From assembly GCA_965248835.1 (NCBI GenBank), contig CBDFLJ010000002.1, forward strand, positions 1,856,001 to 1,920,000: a DNA stretch of 64,000 nt, written 5' to 3'. The DNA is from Alphaproteobacteria bacterium (GTDB lineage: Bacteria > Pseudomonadota > Alphaproteobacteria > MPNO01). The position numbers were made by a program, and so were the translations under genes. The notes beneath the pieces are model-generated. The model was not told the DNA's origin. It ran no database searches and was given only the letters and a program-made list of their open reading frames with translations. Position 1 is the first letter of the stretch. Every line of letters starts with the position of its first letter. Of this stretch, positions 1 to 9,149 are shown in pieces.

Positions 1-1
1 A

Positions 2-1369
2 TGCAACCGCGCGCACCAGTCCGACATCGGCGGCGGGGCTGCCGGGGCCTACAACCCCTCGGCCACCGACGTCTTTCAGGAGGGCATCCGGCTGCCGGTG
101 CTGCGCCTTGTCGAGGCCGGCACGATGCGCAACGACCTGTGGCGGCTGTTGATGCTCAATACGCGCACGCCGCACCTGCTGGACGGCGACCTGCGCGCCA
201 TGCTGGGCTCGACCCGGATCGGGATGGAGCGGGTCGCGGCACTGGCCGAGGAGCTCGGCACAGAGGCCGCTCTGTCCTATTTCCACGGCGTGCTGGACCA
301 CGCCGACCGCTGCCTGCGCGCCGAGATCGCGGCCATGCCGGACGGGGTCTACGAGGCCGAGGACCGTTCGGACAACGACTGCTTCGAGATCCGCGACGTG
401 ACGGTCCGCGTTGCGGTGACCATCAAGGGCGATTCACTCACGGTCGACTTCACCGGAAGCGATGCACAGATCAAGGGCTTCAAGAACTCGTCGCTGGCCA
501 ACACCCATTCCGCGGTCTACACCGCGCTTGCCTCGTTCCTCGATCCCACGCTGCCGCACAACGAGGGCGCTTTCCGCTGCGTCGACCTGGTCGCGCCGGA
601 AGGCACGATCGTCAACGCCCGCGAAGGCGCGCCGACCACCATGTGCACCGTCTTCTTCGCCCACGAGATCATCCACGCCGTCTGGAAGGCGCTGGCCAAG
701 GCCGACCCGGCGCGCGGCTGCGCCGGCTGGGCGAAGAACGTCTTCGGCATCTCGGTCGGCAAGGAGGCCAACGGCGATCCCTACGTCTTCTACCACGGCG
801 CTGCGGCGGCCGGCAGCGGGGCGGTCGACGGCCGCGACGGGTTCAACCAGATCGGCCATGTCTGCACCCTGGGCGGGCTGACCATGCCCAATATCGAGGT
901 CTACGAGCAGCTCTACCCCGTCCGGTTCCACCGTCAGGAGTTCCGGCTCGACGCCGCGGGCCACGGCACTTGGCGCGGCGGCAGCGGTGCGAACTACGAG
1001 GTCGAGATGCTGACCGATGCCACCCATTCCTTTCGCGGCGAGGGGCTCGACTACGAGACCGGCTACGGCGTGAACGGCGGCGGCCCCGGCGCGCCGGGGC
1101 GGATGCATCTGCGCTTCGCCGAAGGAAGCGAGACGCCGGCGCCGAAGTTCGGGCTCGAAGCGACCGGCCCGGTCCGCTTTCTCACCCAGTCGCCGGGCGG
1201 CGGCGGCTGGGGCGATCCGCTGGAGCGCAACCCCGAGCGCGTCGTGCGCGACCTGCGCGACGAGATCATCTCCGAGGCGACGATGCGCGATGTCTACGGC
1301 GTCGTGCTTGCCGCCGACGGCAAGAGCGTCGACGCCGAGGCGACTGCGGCCCTCCGCCGGGGTCGTTGA
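2..1369 (+). CDS. Hydantoinase B/oxoprolinase family protein (5' partial)
   Basis: Frame open from base 2 (CNRAHQSDIGGG...QEGIRLP). Motifs VDFTGSDAQ, NEGAFR, GHGTWRGG and SPGGGGWGDPLER are typical of HyuB/OplB. Confidence 0.9.
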   Translation, partial: CNRAHQSDIGGGAAGAYNPSATDVFQEGIRLPVLRLVEAGTMRNDLWRLLMLNTRTPHLLDGDLRAMLGSTRIGMERVAALAEELGTEAALSYFHGVLDHADRCLRAEIAAMPDGVYEAEDRSDNDCFEIRDVTVRVAVTIKGDSLTVDFTGSDAQIKGFKNSSLANTHSAVYTALASFLDPTLPHNEGAFRCVDLVAPEGTIVNAREGAPTTMCTVFFAHEIIHAVWKALAKADPARGCAGWAKNVFGISVGKEANGDPYVFYHGAAAAGSGAVDGRDGFNQIGHVCTLGGLTMPNIEVYEQLYPVRFHRQEFRLDAAGHGTWRGGSGANYEVEMLTDATHSFRGEGLDYETGYGVNGGGPGAPGRMHLRFAEGSETPAPKFGLEATGPVRFLTQSPGGGGWGDPLERNPERVVRDLRDEIISEATMRDVYGVVLAADGKSVDAEATAALRRGR

Positions 1370-1426
1370 CAAGCCGGGACAAACTGCCGAGGCTCCACCG
1401 GCAATAATCGGAACCGGGAGGAGTCA

Positions 1427-2449
1427 ATGAGCGCCCGTTCGAGTACGCCGCTGTCGCGCAGGGAATTCGTCAAGACCTCGGCCGCCGCAGCGGTCGGCAC
1501 CGGGGCCGCAATCACCGGCTTCCCGGCGATCGGCGCGTCCAAGCGCAAGCTGCGTTACATAACGATCATCAACAAGAAGACCGTCTGGGGGAAATGCTAC
1601 GAGTTCCTCGCCGCCGAGGTCGACAGGATGTCGGGCGGCGAGCTGAAGATCGAATATGCCGGCGGCTCCGAGGTCATCAGCGGGTTCGACGCGCCCGAGG
1701 CCGTCGCCAACGGCGTCTTCGACATGAGCCACTCGGCGAACTCCTATTTCGCCGGCGCCATGCCGTCCTCGATCTCGCTGGCCAGCGGCAACGCCTCGAT
1801 CGAGCAGCTGCGCGATGCCGGTGCGCTGGATGCCTACGCCGATATCATGATGAAGAAGCGCGGCACGATCCTGCTCGGCATCCCGATGAGCGGCGTGGGC
1901 TATGTCTTCCAGGTCAGTTTCCGGCCGACGGATCTTTCGGCGTTCAAAGGCAGGAAAATCCGCTCCATTCCGCTCTACGACCCGATCCTGGAAACGCTGG
2001 GCGCAATCCCGGTGACGACCTCGCCCGCCGAGGCCTACACCGCGATGGAGCGCGGCGTGGTCGACGGGCTCGGCTGGCCCGATCTCGGCCTGCTCGACTT
2101 CAAGTTCTACGAGCACGCCAAGTACATCGTCTCGCCGACCTACTACCAGCTCCGCACCTGTACGCTGATCAACCCGAACAGCTTCAATCGGCTCCCCGAG
2201 GAGCTCCAGAACATCCTGGTCAAGGCCTCGAACTCGGCCGACCGGATCGGTGAGGCATGGTGCAAAGAGACCCGCGACGCCGAGCATGCCGAGATGAAGA
2301 AACACGGTGTCGAGATCGTCGCGCTGCCGCCGGCCGATGCCAAGCGGTTCGTCGATCTGACCGAGGAGAAGCTCTGGGCCAAGATCCTCAAGCAGGCGCC
2401 GGAGAACGGCGCACGGCTCAAGGTGCTGTTCGAAAAGGCGGCCGCCTGA
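1427..2449 (+). CDS. dctP: TRAP transporter substrate-binding protein with Tat signal
   Basis: SRREFVK twin-arginine signal; KIRS and YTAMERGVVDG motifs; GGAGGAG RBS; followed by dctQ and dctM. Confidence 0.9.
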   Translation: MSARSSTPLSRREFVKTSAAAAVGTGAAITGFPAIGASKRKLRYITIINKKTVWGKCYEFLAAEVDRMSGGELKIEYAGGSEVISGFDAPEAVANGVFDMSHSANSYFAGAMPSSISLASGNASIEQLRDAGALDAYADIMMKKRGTILLGIPMSGVGYVFQVSFRPTDLSAFKGRKIRSIPLYDPILETLGAIPVTTSPAEAYTAMERGVVDGLGWPDLGLLDFKFYEHAKYIVSPTYYQLRTCTLINPNSFNRLPEELQNILVKASNSADRIGEAWCKETRDAEHAEMKKHGVEIVALPPADAKRFVDLTEEKLWAKILKQAPENGARLKVLFEKAAA

Positions 2450-2528
2450 GGGCCGGACTCCCTCCCCTACGCGACGGCGGCAGGCGCGCGAGTCCGCCGC
2501 CGCCCTGCCGCCTGGTGGAGCGGACGTC

Positions 2529-3077
2529 ATGGATCGGCTGATAAAAATCGTCGAGTGGCCGGCCCGGTGGCTAGCCTATTTGTCGGCGCTCCTCATCCTG
2601 TCGATGAGCCTGTGGATCACCTATGACGTTCTCACCCGCAACCTGCTGGGCTGGTCCTCGCCCTGGGCGTTCGACCTGTCGGAATACGCGCTGGTCTGGA
2701 TGACCTTCCTCGCGGCCCCGTGGATCCTGCTGCGCGACGGTCACGTCCGCGTCGAGCTCGTGGTCGATGCCGTGGGCGTGCGCACCCAGCGGGCGATCGG
2801 CATCACGGTATCGATCATCGGGCTCATGGTTTGCCTGGTGCTCGCCTGGCGCACCGGGATCGCGGCCATCGAATATGCCCAGAACGATGTCCGGATGGCC
2901 CGGATCTGGAACATCGCGCGAATATACCCCTACATCGCGGTGCCGTTCGGCAGCGCCGCCCTGGCGGTCGCCTTCATCGCGCGGTTGGCTCTCTACCTGC
3001 GGGACCGCGACCCCGAAGCGCGCTTGCGCGCGGCCGGCGGCCATGCCGGGGGCACCGACGCGACGGGCCGGATCTGA
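2529..3077 (+). CDS. dctQ: TRAP small permease
   Basis: 4 TM segments; GHVRVELV motif. Confidence 0.9.
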   Translation: MDRLIKIVEWPARWLAYLSALLILSMSLWITYDVLTRNLLGWSSPWAFDLSEYALVWMTFLAAPWILLRDGHVRVELVVDAVGVRTQRAIGITVSIIGLMVCLVLAWRTGIAAIEYAQNDVRMARIWNIARIYPYIAVPFGSAALAVAFIARLALYLRDRDPEARLRAAGGHAGGTDATGRI

Positions 3078-3089
3078 AGGGGTAGGCGG

Positions 3090-4406
3090 TTGGAGGTCGA
3101 CTGGTCGGTCCTGCTGCTGATCTTCTTCGTCCTGCTGATCCTCGTCCTGGGCAGCGGGATGCCGGTGGCCTTCGGCTTCCTGACCCTCAACATCCTCGGG
3201 CTCTATTTCTTCATGGGCGGCGAGGTCGCGCTGTCGCTGCTGGCGACCAGCGCGTTCTCCTCGGTTGGCCAGTTCGTGCTGATCCCGATCCCGCTGTTCA
3301 TTCTGATGGGCGAACTGCTGATGCGCACCGGGCTGGCCAACATGACCGTCGATGCAGCCGATCACTGGATCGGGCGGTTGCCGGGCCGGCTTGCGGTCTC
3401 GGCCGTCGGCGGCGGAACGCTGTTCGGGGCGCTCAGCGGCGCCAGCATGGCTTCGGTCGCGATGCTCGGCTCGACGCTTGTGCCGGAGATGCAGCGCCGC
3501 GAATACAAACCGGAACTCTCGGTCGGCGCGATCCTGGCCGGCGGCGGGCTGGCGGTGCTGATCCCGCCCAGCGCGCTCGGCGTGCTGCTGGGCGCGCTCG
3601 CCAAGGTCTCGATCGCCAAGCTGCTGCTCGCCGGGCTGCTGCCGGGGCTCGTCCTGGCCGGGCTGTATTTCGCCTACTTCACCCTGCGCGCCAAGTTCCA
3701 GCCCCACCTGGCTCCGCCTTACGTCGCGCCGCCGATGACGCTGCCGCAGCGCCTGCGCAGTCTGCTGGTGGTCTCGCCTTTGTTCAGCCTGATCATCGTG
3801 GTGACCGGGTTCATCTTCCTGGGCATCGCGACGCCCACCGAGGCCGCGGCGATGGGCGCGGTGGCGACCCTGATCATCGCGGCCTGCTACCGCCGGCTGA
3901 GCTGGCAGGCGGTCAAGACCGCGCTGATCTCGACGACGACCACAACCTCGATGATGCTGCTGGTGATCGTGGGCTCGTCCGGGTTCTCGCAGATCCTGGC
4001 CGCTACCGGCACGACCTCCTCGCTGGTGGACGCGGTCAGCGCGCTCGATCTGTCGCCGATCGTGATGGTGATCATCATGCAGCTCATGGTGCTGGTGCTC
4101 GGCTGCTTCATCGACACGATCTCGATCATGATGGTCTCGATCCCGGTCTTCATGCCGCTGGTGCTGTCCCTGGGGCTCGATCCGATCTGGTTCTCGATCC
4201 TGATCCTGGTCCAGCTCGAGCTTGCCGGGATCACCCCGCCCTTCGGGGTGCTGCTGTTCGTCATGAAGGGCGTCCAGCCGCTCCTCGGCATGTCGCAGAT
4301 CTATCGCGCGGCGCTGCCGATCGTGGTGATCCAGATCGCGCTGGTCGGACTCCTGATGGTCTTTCCCGGCATCGTCACCATCCTGCCGACGATGATGGGC
4401 CGATAG
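3090..4406 (+). CDS. dctM: TRAP large permease
   Basis: IPLFILMG, LIPPS, TPTEAAA and ITPPFG motifs; about 12 TM segments. Confidence 0.92.
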   Translation: MEVDWSVLLLIFFVLLILVLGSGMPVAFGFLTLNILGLYFFMGGEVALSLLATSAFSSVGQFVLIPIPLFILMGELLMRTGLANMTVDAADHWIGRLPGRLAVSAVGGGTLFGALSGASMASVAMLGSTLVPEMQRREYKPELSVGAILAGGGLAVLIPPSALGVLLGALAKVSIAKLLLAGLLPGLVLAGLYFAYFTLRAKFQPHLAPPYVAPPMTLPQRLRSLLVVSPLFSLIIVVTGFIFLGIATPTEAAAMGAVATLIIAACYRRLSWQAVKTALISTTTTTSMMLLVIVGSSGFSQILAATGTTSSLVDAVSALDLSPIVMVIIMQLMVLVLGCFIDTISIMMVSIPVFMPLVLSLGLDPIWFSILILVQLELAGITPPFGVLLFVMKGVQPLLGMSQIYRAALPIVVIQIALVGLLMVFPGIVTILPTMMGR

Positions 4407-4496
4407 GGACCGTTCTCGGACGCGCCGGACGACGGCCGAATCAAGCCGTTTCCGTGATCCCCCGGAACGCCGGTCCGGGCTTGAAGGACCGGACGG

Positions 4497-5603
4497 TCAA
4501 TAGCTCGGATTGAAGATCCGCGCGGCTTGATACTGCTTGGGCCAGGCCGGATCCTCGGTGCCCATCGCGCGCGCGGCGTGGCGGGTGAAATAGGGATCGT
4601 AGAGATGGCCCTTTGCGAGCACGCAGAGGTCCGCCTTGCCTTCGGCGATGATCGCGTTGATCTCGTCCGGCCCGGAGATGTTTCCCACCGTCATCGTCGG
4701 AATGCCCGCTTCCTTGCGCACCTTCTCGCTGAACGGGGTCTGGAACAGCCCGCCCGCCGTTGGCCGCGCGCCGGCGACCACGTTGCCGCTGGAGACCGTC
4801 AGGATGTCGAGACCCGCCTGCTTGGCCATGCGACCGATCTCGACGGCATCTTCGGCCGTCGTGCCGCCGGGGATCCAATCCACCGCCGAAATCCGCGCGG
4901 AAATCGGTTTGTCCTGCGGCCAGTTCTCGCGGACAGCGGAGAAGACCTCGAGCGGGAAACGCATGCGGTTCTCCAGCGGCCCGCCATATTCGTCCTCCCG
5001 CTTGTTGCTGACCGGCGAGATGAAGGTGGACAGAAGATAGCCGTGGGCGAAATGGAGCTCGATCGCATCGAAGCCCGCTTCGTCGGCCATCCGGGCGCCG
5101 CGCGCGAAATCGCCGCGGACCTTGTCCATGTCCGCGCGGTCCATCGCCCTGGGCGTCTGGCTGCCCTCGCCGAACGGGATCGCCGAGGGCGCGTAGATCT
5201 GCCAGCTTTCGGCCGCCTCCAGCGGGCCGCCGCCTTCCCAGGCGACCTTGGTGGCGGCCTTGCGCCCGGCATGGGCAAGCTGGATGCCGATCCTGGCCTC
5301 GCTATTGGCATGGACGAAGTCGACGATGCGGCGCCAGGCTCCGACATGCTCGGGCTTGTACATCCCGGCGCAGCCGGGCGAGATCCGCCCCTCGCGCGAG
5401 ACGTCGGTCATCTCGGTCAGCACCAGGCCCGCCCCGCCCATCGCCCGGCTGCCGAGGTGGACCAGATGGAAGTCGCCGACCGTGCCGTCGTCGGCCGAAT
5501 ACATGCACATCGGCGAGACCACGACACGATTGTTCAGTTCCATCCCGCGCAGGGAAAACGGCGTGAAGATCGGCGCCAGGACGGCGCCGGCATCATCGGG
5601 CAT
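4497..5603 (-). CDS. Old Yellow Enzyme family NADH:flavin oxidoreductase (resembles reductase domain of salicylyl-CoA/2-aminobenzoyl-CoA monooxygenase-reductase)
   Basis: NRVVVSPMCMYSA, QLAHAGRKA, HFAHGYLLS and WPKQY motifs; ATG at 5603 overlaps the tauD stop. Confidence 0.88.
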   Translation of the reverse strand: MPDDAGAVLAPIFTPFSLRGMELNNRVVVSPMCMYSADDGTVGDFHLVHLGSRAMGGAGLVLTEMTDVSREGRISPGCAGMYKPEHVGAWRRIVDFVHANSEARIGIQLAHAGRKAATKVAWEGGGPLEAAESWQIYAPSAIPFGEGSQTPRAMDRADMDKVRGDFARGARMADEAGFDAIELHFAHGYLLSTFISPVSNKREDEYGGPLENRMRFPLEVFSAVRENWPQDKPISARISAVDWIPGGTTAEDAVEIGRMAKQAGLDILTVSSGNVVAGARPTAGGLFQTPFSEKVRKEAGIPTMTVGNISGPDEINAIIAEGKADLCVLAKGHLYDPYFTRHAARAMGTEDPAWPKQYQAARIFNPSY

Positions 5604-6468
5604 TCTCGTACTCTGCAATGGTCTCGAAGGGCTGGGCACCCTCCGTCGTCGTGCGCTGCAGAAGCCGGCGCTCGGATCCGGGGAAATCGGTCCGCGCGTG
5701 GGTGACGCAGCGGTTGTCCCACATCACCAGGTCGCCCGGCCGCCAGACATGTTCGTAGACGATCGCCGGGTCCTCCGAGTAGCTCAGCAACTCCTCGATC
5801 AAAGCATCGCTTTCCGCCTCGTCCATCCCGTTGATCCGGGCGGTCATCAGCCGGTTGACGTAGAGCGCCTGGCGGCCGGTCTCGGCATGGGTGATCGCCA
5901 CCGGGTGGGAGAAATGCGCGACATCGGAAATGTCGGCGCGCAATCGCGGCCGGTCGGTGCGCAGGTATTCGTGCATCTGCAGCGCGGTGCGGCCGCGGAT
6001 TCTTTCCCTGGTCCGCTCGGGCAGCCGTTCGTAGGCGGTGTACATGTTGGCGAACAGCGTGTTGCCCCCGACCGGGGGGATCTCGATGCCGTACAGCAGG
6101 GTCGCCTTGTGCGGGCTGCGGTCGTAGCACATGTCGGAATGGAACCACATTTCGCCGTCATGGGGCAGACCGAGCGGCTTGCCGTCGCGACGGACATTGG
6201 AGACGATCATGATCCCCGGCTCCAGCGGCTTGCCGTCGAGGCCGACCTGCGGCCGCGGCGAGCGCACCCCGCCCGGGACCCCGAAATGCCGGGTGAAGGC
6301 GAGCTGCTGGTGCTGGTCGATCTGCTGGCCGCGGAAGACGATCACCAGATGGTCGAGCCAGGCCCGGTGAATCCGGGCCAACACCTGCGGGCCGAGCGGC
6401 CGGGCGAGATCGACACCCTTGATCTCCGCGCCCAAGGCCGACGAGAGGGGGACCACCTCGATGTTCAT
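5593..6468 (-). CDS. TauD/TfdA family 2-oxoglutarate Fe(II) dioxygenase
   Basis: LGAEIKGVDL, HSD (HxD) and WDNRCVTHAR motifs. Confidence 0.92.
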   Translation of the reverse strand: MNIEVVPLSSALGAEIKGVDLARPLGPQVLARIHRAWLDHLVIVFRGQQIDQHQQLAFTRHFGVPGGVRSPRPQVGLDGKPLEPGIMIVSNVRRDGKPLGLPHDGEMWFHSDMCYDRSPHKATLLYGIEIPPVGGNTLFANMYTAYERLPERTRERIRGRTALQMHEYLRTDRPRLRADISDVAHFSHPVAITHAETGRQALYVNRLMTARINGMDEAESDALIEELLSYSEDPAIVYEHVWRPGDLVMWDNRCVTHARTDFPGSERRLLQRTTTEGAQPFETIAEYENAR

Positions 6469-6888
6469 CAACCATCTCCCATGCCGGTTCGCTGCACCGG
6501 CGCCGTCACCACCGGGCGGACCCGGGCGCTCTCGGCTTCCCGAAAAGCGGCGTATTTCGCGGCGTCGCGGACGACTGCGCGCCAATTGTATTGCGCATCG
6601 CGCGCGGCCTGGCAGTCGCCGCGACAGGATGCCATATTCCGTCTTCCCTTGACGCCACCGGCCGCGCGCGAATTATGCCGTCGCAATGAATCGGCGGCAA
6701 TCCTGGCGTGCCGACGGGCCGGGGCAGCGCCAAATCCGGTTGACGGATCAGCGCTTTCCCGCCAGCATGGCCAACCAAATCAATTAGCATTCCAAGGGAG
6801 GCTCCAGTCGAACAGCCATGGACGGAAGTCCTGCCCGGCCGGAGCGGAAGGCGGCGCAGCCCGCTAGACAAGCGATGGGAGCACGTAG

Positions 6889-7923
6889 ATGACCAAGTCC
6901 GGGATCCTTCGGACCGCTGCGGCGGTTTCGCTGGTTTCGATGACGGCAGCGTCCGCCACCATGGCCAAGGAGACACTGAACACCGTCACCGCGCTGCAGC
7001 GGTCCAACACGATCGCCAAGGCGTTCCTCACCAATTTCCTCGAGGCGACAAACGCCGCGAACGGACCGATAAACATGAAATATGTCGGCGGCCAGGAGGT
7101 CGTGCCGCCGCGCAAGGCGGCCAATGCGCTCAAGCGCGGCCAGTTCGATGCGTTGAGCTGCCCGACAGCCTATTACATCGGGACGGTGCCGGAGGGCTAC
7201 GCACTGTTGGCGGCCAACCAGGGCCCGACGGCGCTGCGCGCCAACGGTGCCTGGGAGATTCTTGAAGAGGCCTATATGAAGAAGGCTGGCGCAGTGCTGC
7301 TCGCCTGGGGCGAGAACATGACGTCGTACAACACCTATCTGAACGTCATGCCCAAGTTCGACGCCGATGGCGTGCCCGACCTGACGGGCATCAAGATGCG
7401 GGCGACCGGCACCTACCGGCCGCTGTTCCGCGCGCTCGGCGCCTCGACCATCAACATCAAATCCTCGGAGATCTTCACCGCCCTGCAACGCGGCACGGTC
7501 CAGGGGTTCGGCTGGCCGGACGTGGCGATCGTCACGCTGGGATTGCACAAGATCGTCAAGTACCGCATCACGCCCAACTTCTACCAGACCAACCAGGTGC
7601 TGACGATCAACCCCACCGTCTGGAACGCGCTGACCAAGGCGCAGCGCGCGTTCCTGAAGAAACAAGCCCTGACCTACGAGACGACCTCGGTGAGGTGGCT
7701 CGAGCAAGAGCGCGCCAAGGAAGAGAAGCAGATGCTGACGGCTGGGGTGAAGGACATCAAGCTCACCGGCAAGGCGGCGGACAGGTACCTCGACATCGCG
7801 CACCAGGAGATCTGGAAGCAGCTCAAGGAGCGCTCGGAGTATCATGATCGGCTCAAACCGCTGATGTACATCCCCGGCAAGCCCAACCGTCAGGTCAAGC
7901 TCGACAGGGGTCTGCGCCAATAG
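6889..7923 (+). CDS. dctP: TRAP substrate-binding protein, tandem copy 1
   Basis: Sec signal; KMRATG and FTALQRGTVQG motifs; operon with dctQM. Confidence 0.88.
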   Translation: MTKSGILRTAAAVSLVSMTAASATMAKETLNTVTALQRSNTIAKAFLTNFLEATNAANGPINMKYVGGQEVVPPRKAANALKRGQFDALSCPTAYYIGTVPEGYALLAANQGPTALRANGAWEILEEAYMKKAGAVLLAWGENMTSYNTYLNVMPKFDADGVPDLTGIKMRATGTYRPLFRALGASTINIKSSEIFTALQRGTVQGFGWPDVAIVTLGLHKIVKYRITPNFYQTNQVLTINPTVWNALTKAQRAFLKKQALTYETTSVRWLEQERAKEEKQMLTAGVKDIKLTGKAADRYLDIAHQEIWKQLKERSEYHDRLKPLMYIPGKPNRQVKLDRGLRQ

Positions 7924-7929
7924 TGCGAT

Positions 7930-7962
7930 CGGCCTTCCGGCGGGGTTTCCGCCGGAAGGCCG
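7930..7962 (+). terminator. Intergenic stem-loop (14-bp perfect stem); mismatched copy at about 9062-9094
   Basis: CGGCCTTCCGGCGG-GGTTT-CCGCCGGAAGGCCG. There is no U-tract, so an mRNA-stabilising hairpin is as likely as a terminator. Confidence 0.55.
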
Positions 7963-8017
7963 GCCATGTCCGCCGCACCGAGCGGTCGGCATCTGCAATT
8001 ACAACGGGAGTAGCGCA

Positions 8018-9055
8018 ATGAACACCTATGGCCTTACCGCGACCTTCGCGGCGGTTTCTCTAGCCGCGGCGGCATCGGTCCAGACGGCCTCGGCCAAGGA
8101 CCAGCTTTCCGCCGTCACCTCGCTCGACCAGAACAATGTCCTGGTGGTCAGTTTCCGGACCAACTACGTCAAGCCGGTGAACGAGAAGCTCAAGGGCAGC
8201 CTGGCGATCAAGTACCTCGGCGGCCAGGAGATCGTGCCGCCGCGCAAGGCGGTCACGGCGCTGCGGCGCCAGCAGTTCGACATGCTGCACAGCCCGACCG
8301 CCTATTATATCGGCACCGTGCCCGAGGGCTATGCGCTCCAGGCCGCCAACCAGGGACCGGCAGCGCTGCGCAAGAACGGCGCCTGGAAGATCCTGCAGGA
8401 GGCCTATCTGAAGAAGGCCGGCGCGCATCTGCTGGCCTGGGGCGAAAACATGACCTCCTACGTCACCTATCTGCAGGTCATGCCCAAGTTCGACAAAGAC
8501 GGCGTGCCCGATCTGACCGGCATCAAGATGCGGGCGACCGGAACCTACCGGCCGCTGTTCCGCGCGCTCGGCGCATCGACCATCAACATCAAGTCCTCGG
8601 AGATCTACACCGCTGTGCAGCGCGGCACCGTCCAGGGCTTCGGCTGGGTCGACGTCTCGCTGGTCCCGCTCGGCCTGCACAAGATCGCGAAGTACCGCGT
8701 GACCCCAAACTACTATCAGACCAACACCGTGGTGACCGCCAATCCCGCTTCCTTGAAAGAGCTTACCCGGGAGCAGCGGGATACGCTCGAGCAGTTCGCG
8801 CTGGAATACGAGACCACCGCGGTGCACTGGATGGAAAAGCAGCGCCGGGCGGAGGAAAAGCAGATCAAGGCGGCCGGGGTCAAGGACATCGCGCTTACCG
8901 GCGCGGCGGCGGCGAAGTATCTCGATATCGCTCATAGCGAGATCTGGAAGCAGCTCAAGGAACGCTCCGAGTATCACGATAGGCTCAGGCCGTTGATGTA
9001 CATCCCCGGCAAGCCCAACCGTCAGGTCAAGCTCGACAGGGGTTTGCGCCAATAG
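8018..9055 (+). CDS. dctP: TRAP substrate-binding protein, tandem copy 2
   Basis: Paralog of flanking copies; GGGAG RBS. Confidence 0.88.
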   Translation: MNTYGLTATFAAVSLAAAASVQTASAKDQLSAVTSLDQNNVLVVSFRTNYVKPVNEKLKGSLAIKYLGGQEIVPPRKAVTALRRQQFDMLHSPTAYYIGTVPEGYALQAANQGPAALRKNGAWKILQEAYLKKAGAHLLAWGENMTSYVTYLQVMPKFDKDGVPDLTGIKMRATGTYRPLFRALGASTINIKSSEIYTAVQRGTVQGFGWVDVSLVPLGLHKIAKYRVTPNYYQTNTVVTANPASLKELTREQRDTLEQFALEYETTAVHWMEKQRRAEEKQIKAAGVKDIALTGAAAAKYLDIAHSEIWKQLKERSEYHDRLRPLMYIPGKPNRQVKLDRGLRQ

Positions 9056-9149
9056 TGCGATCGGCCTTCCGGTGGGGTTTCCGCCGCAAGGCCGGCCATG
9101 TCCGCCGCACCGAGCGGTCGGCATCTGCAATCACAATGGGAGTAGCGCA

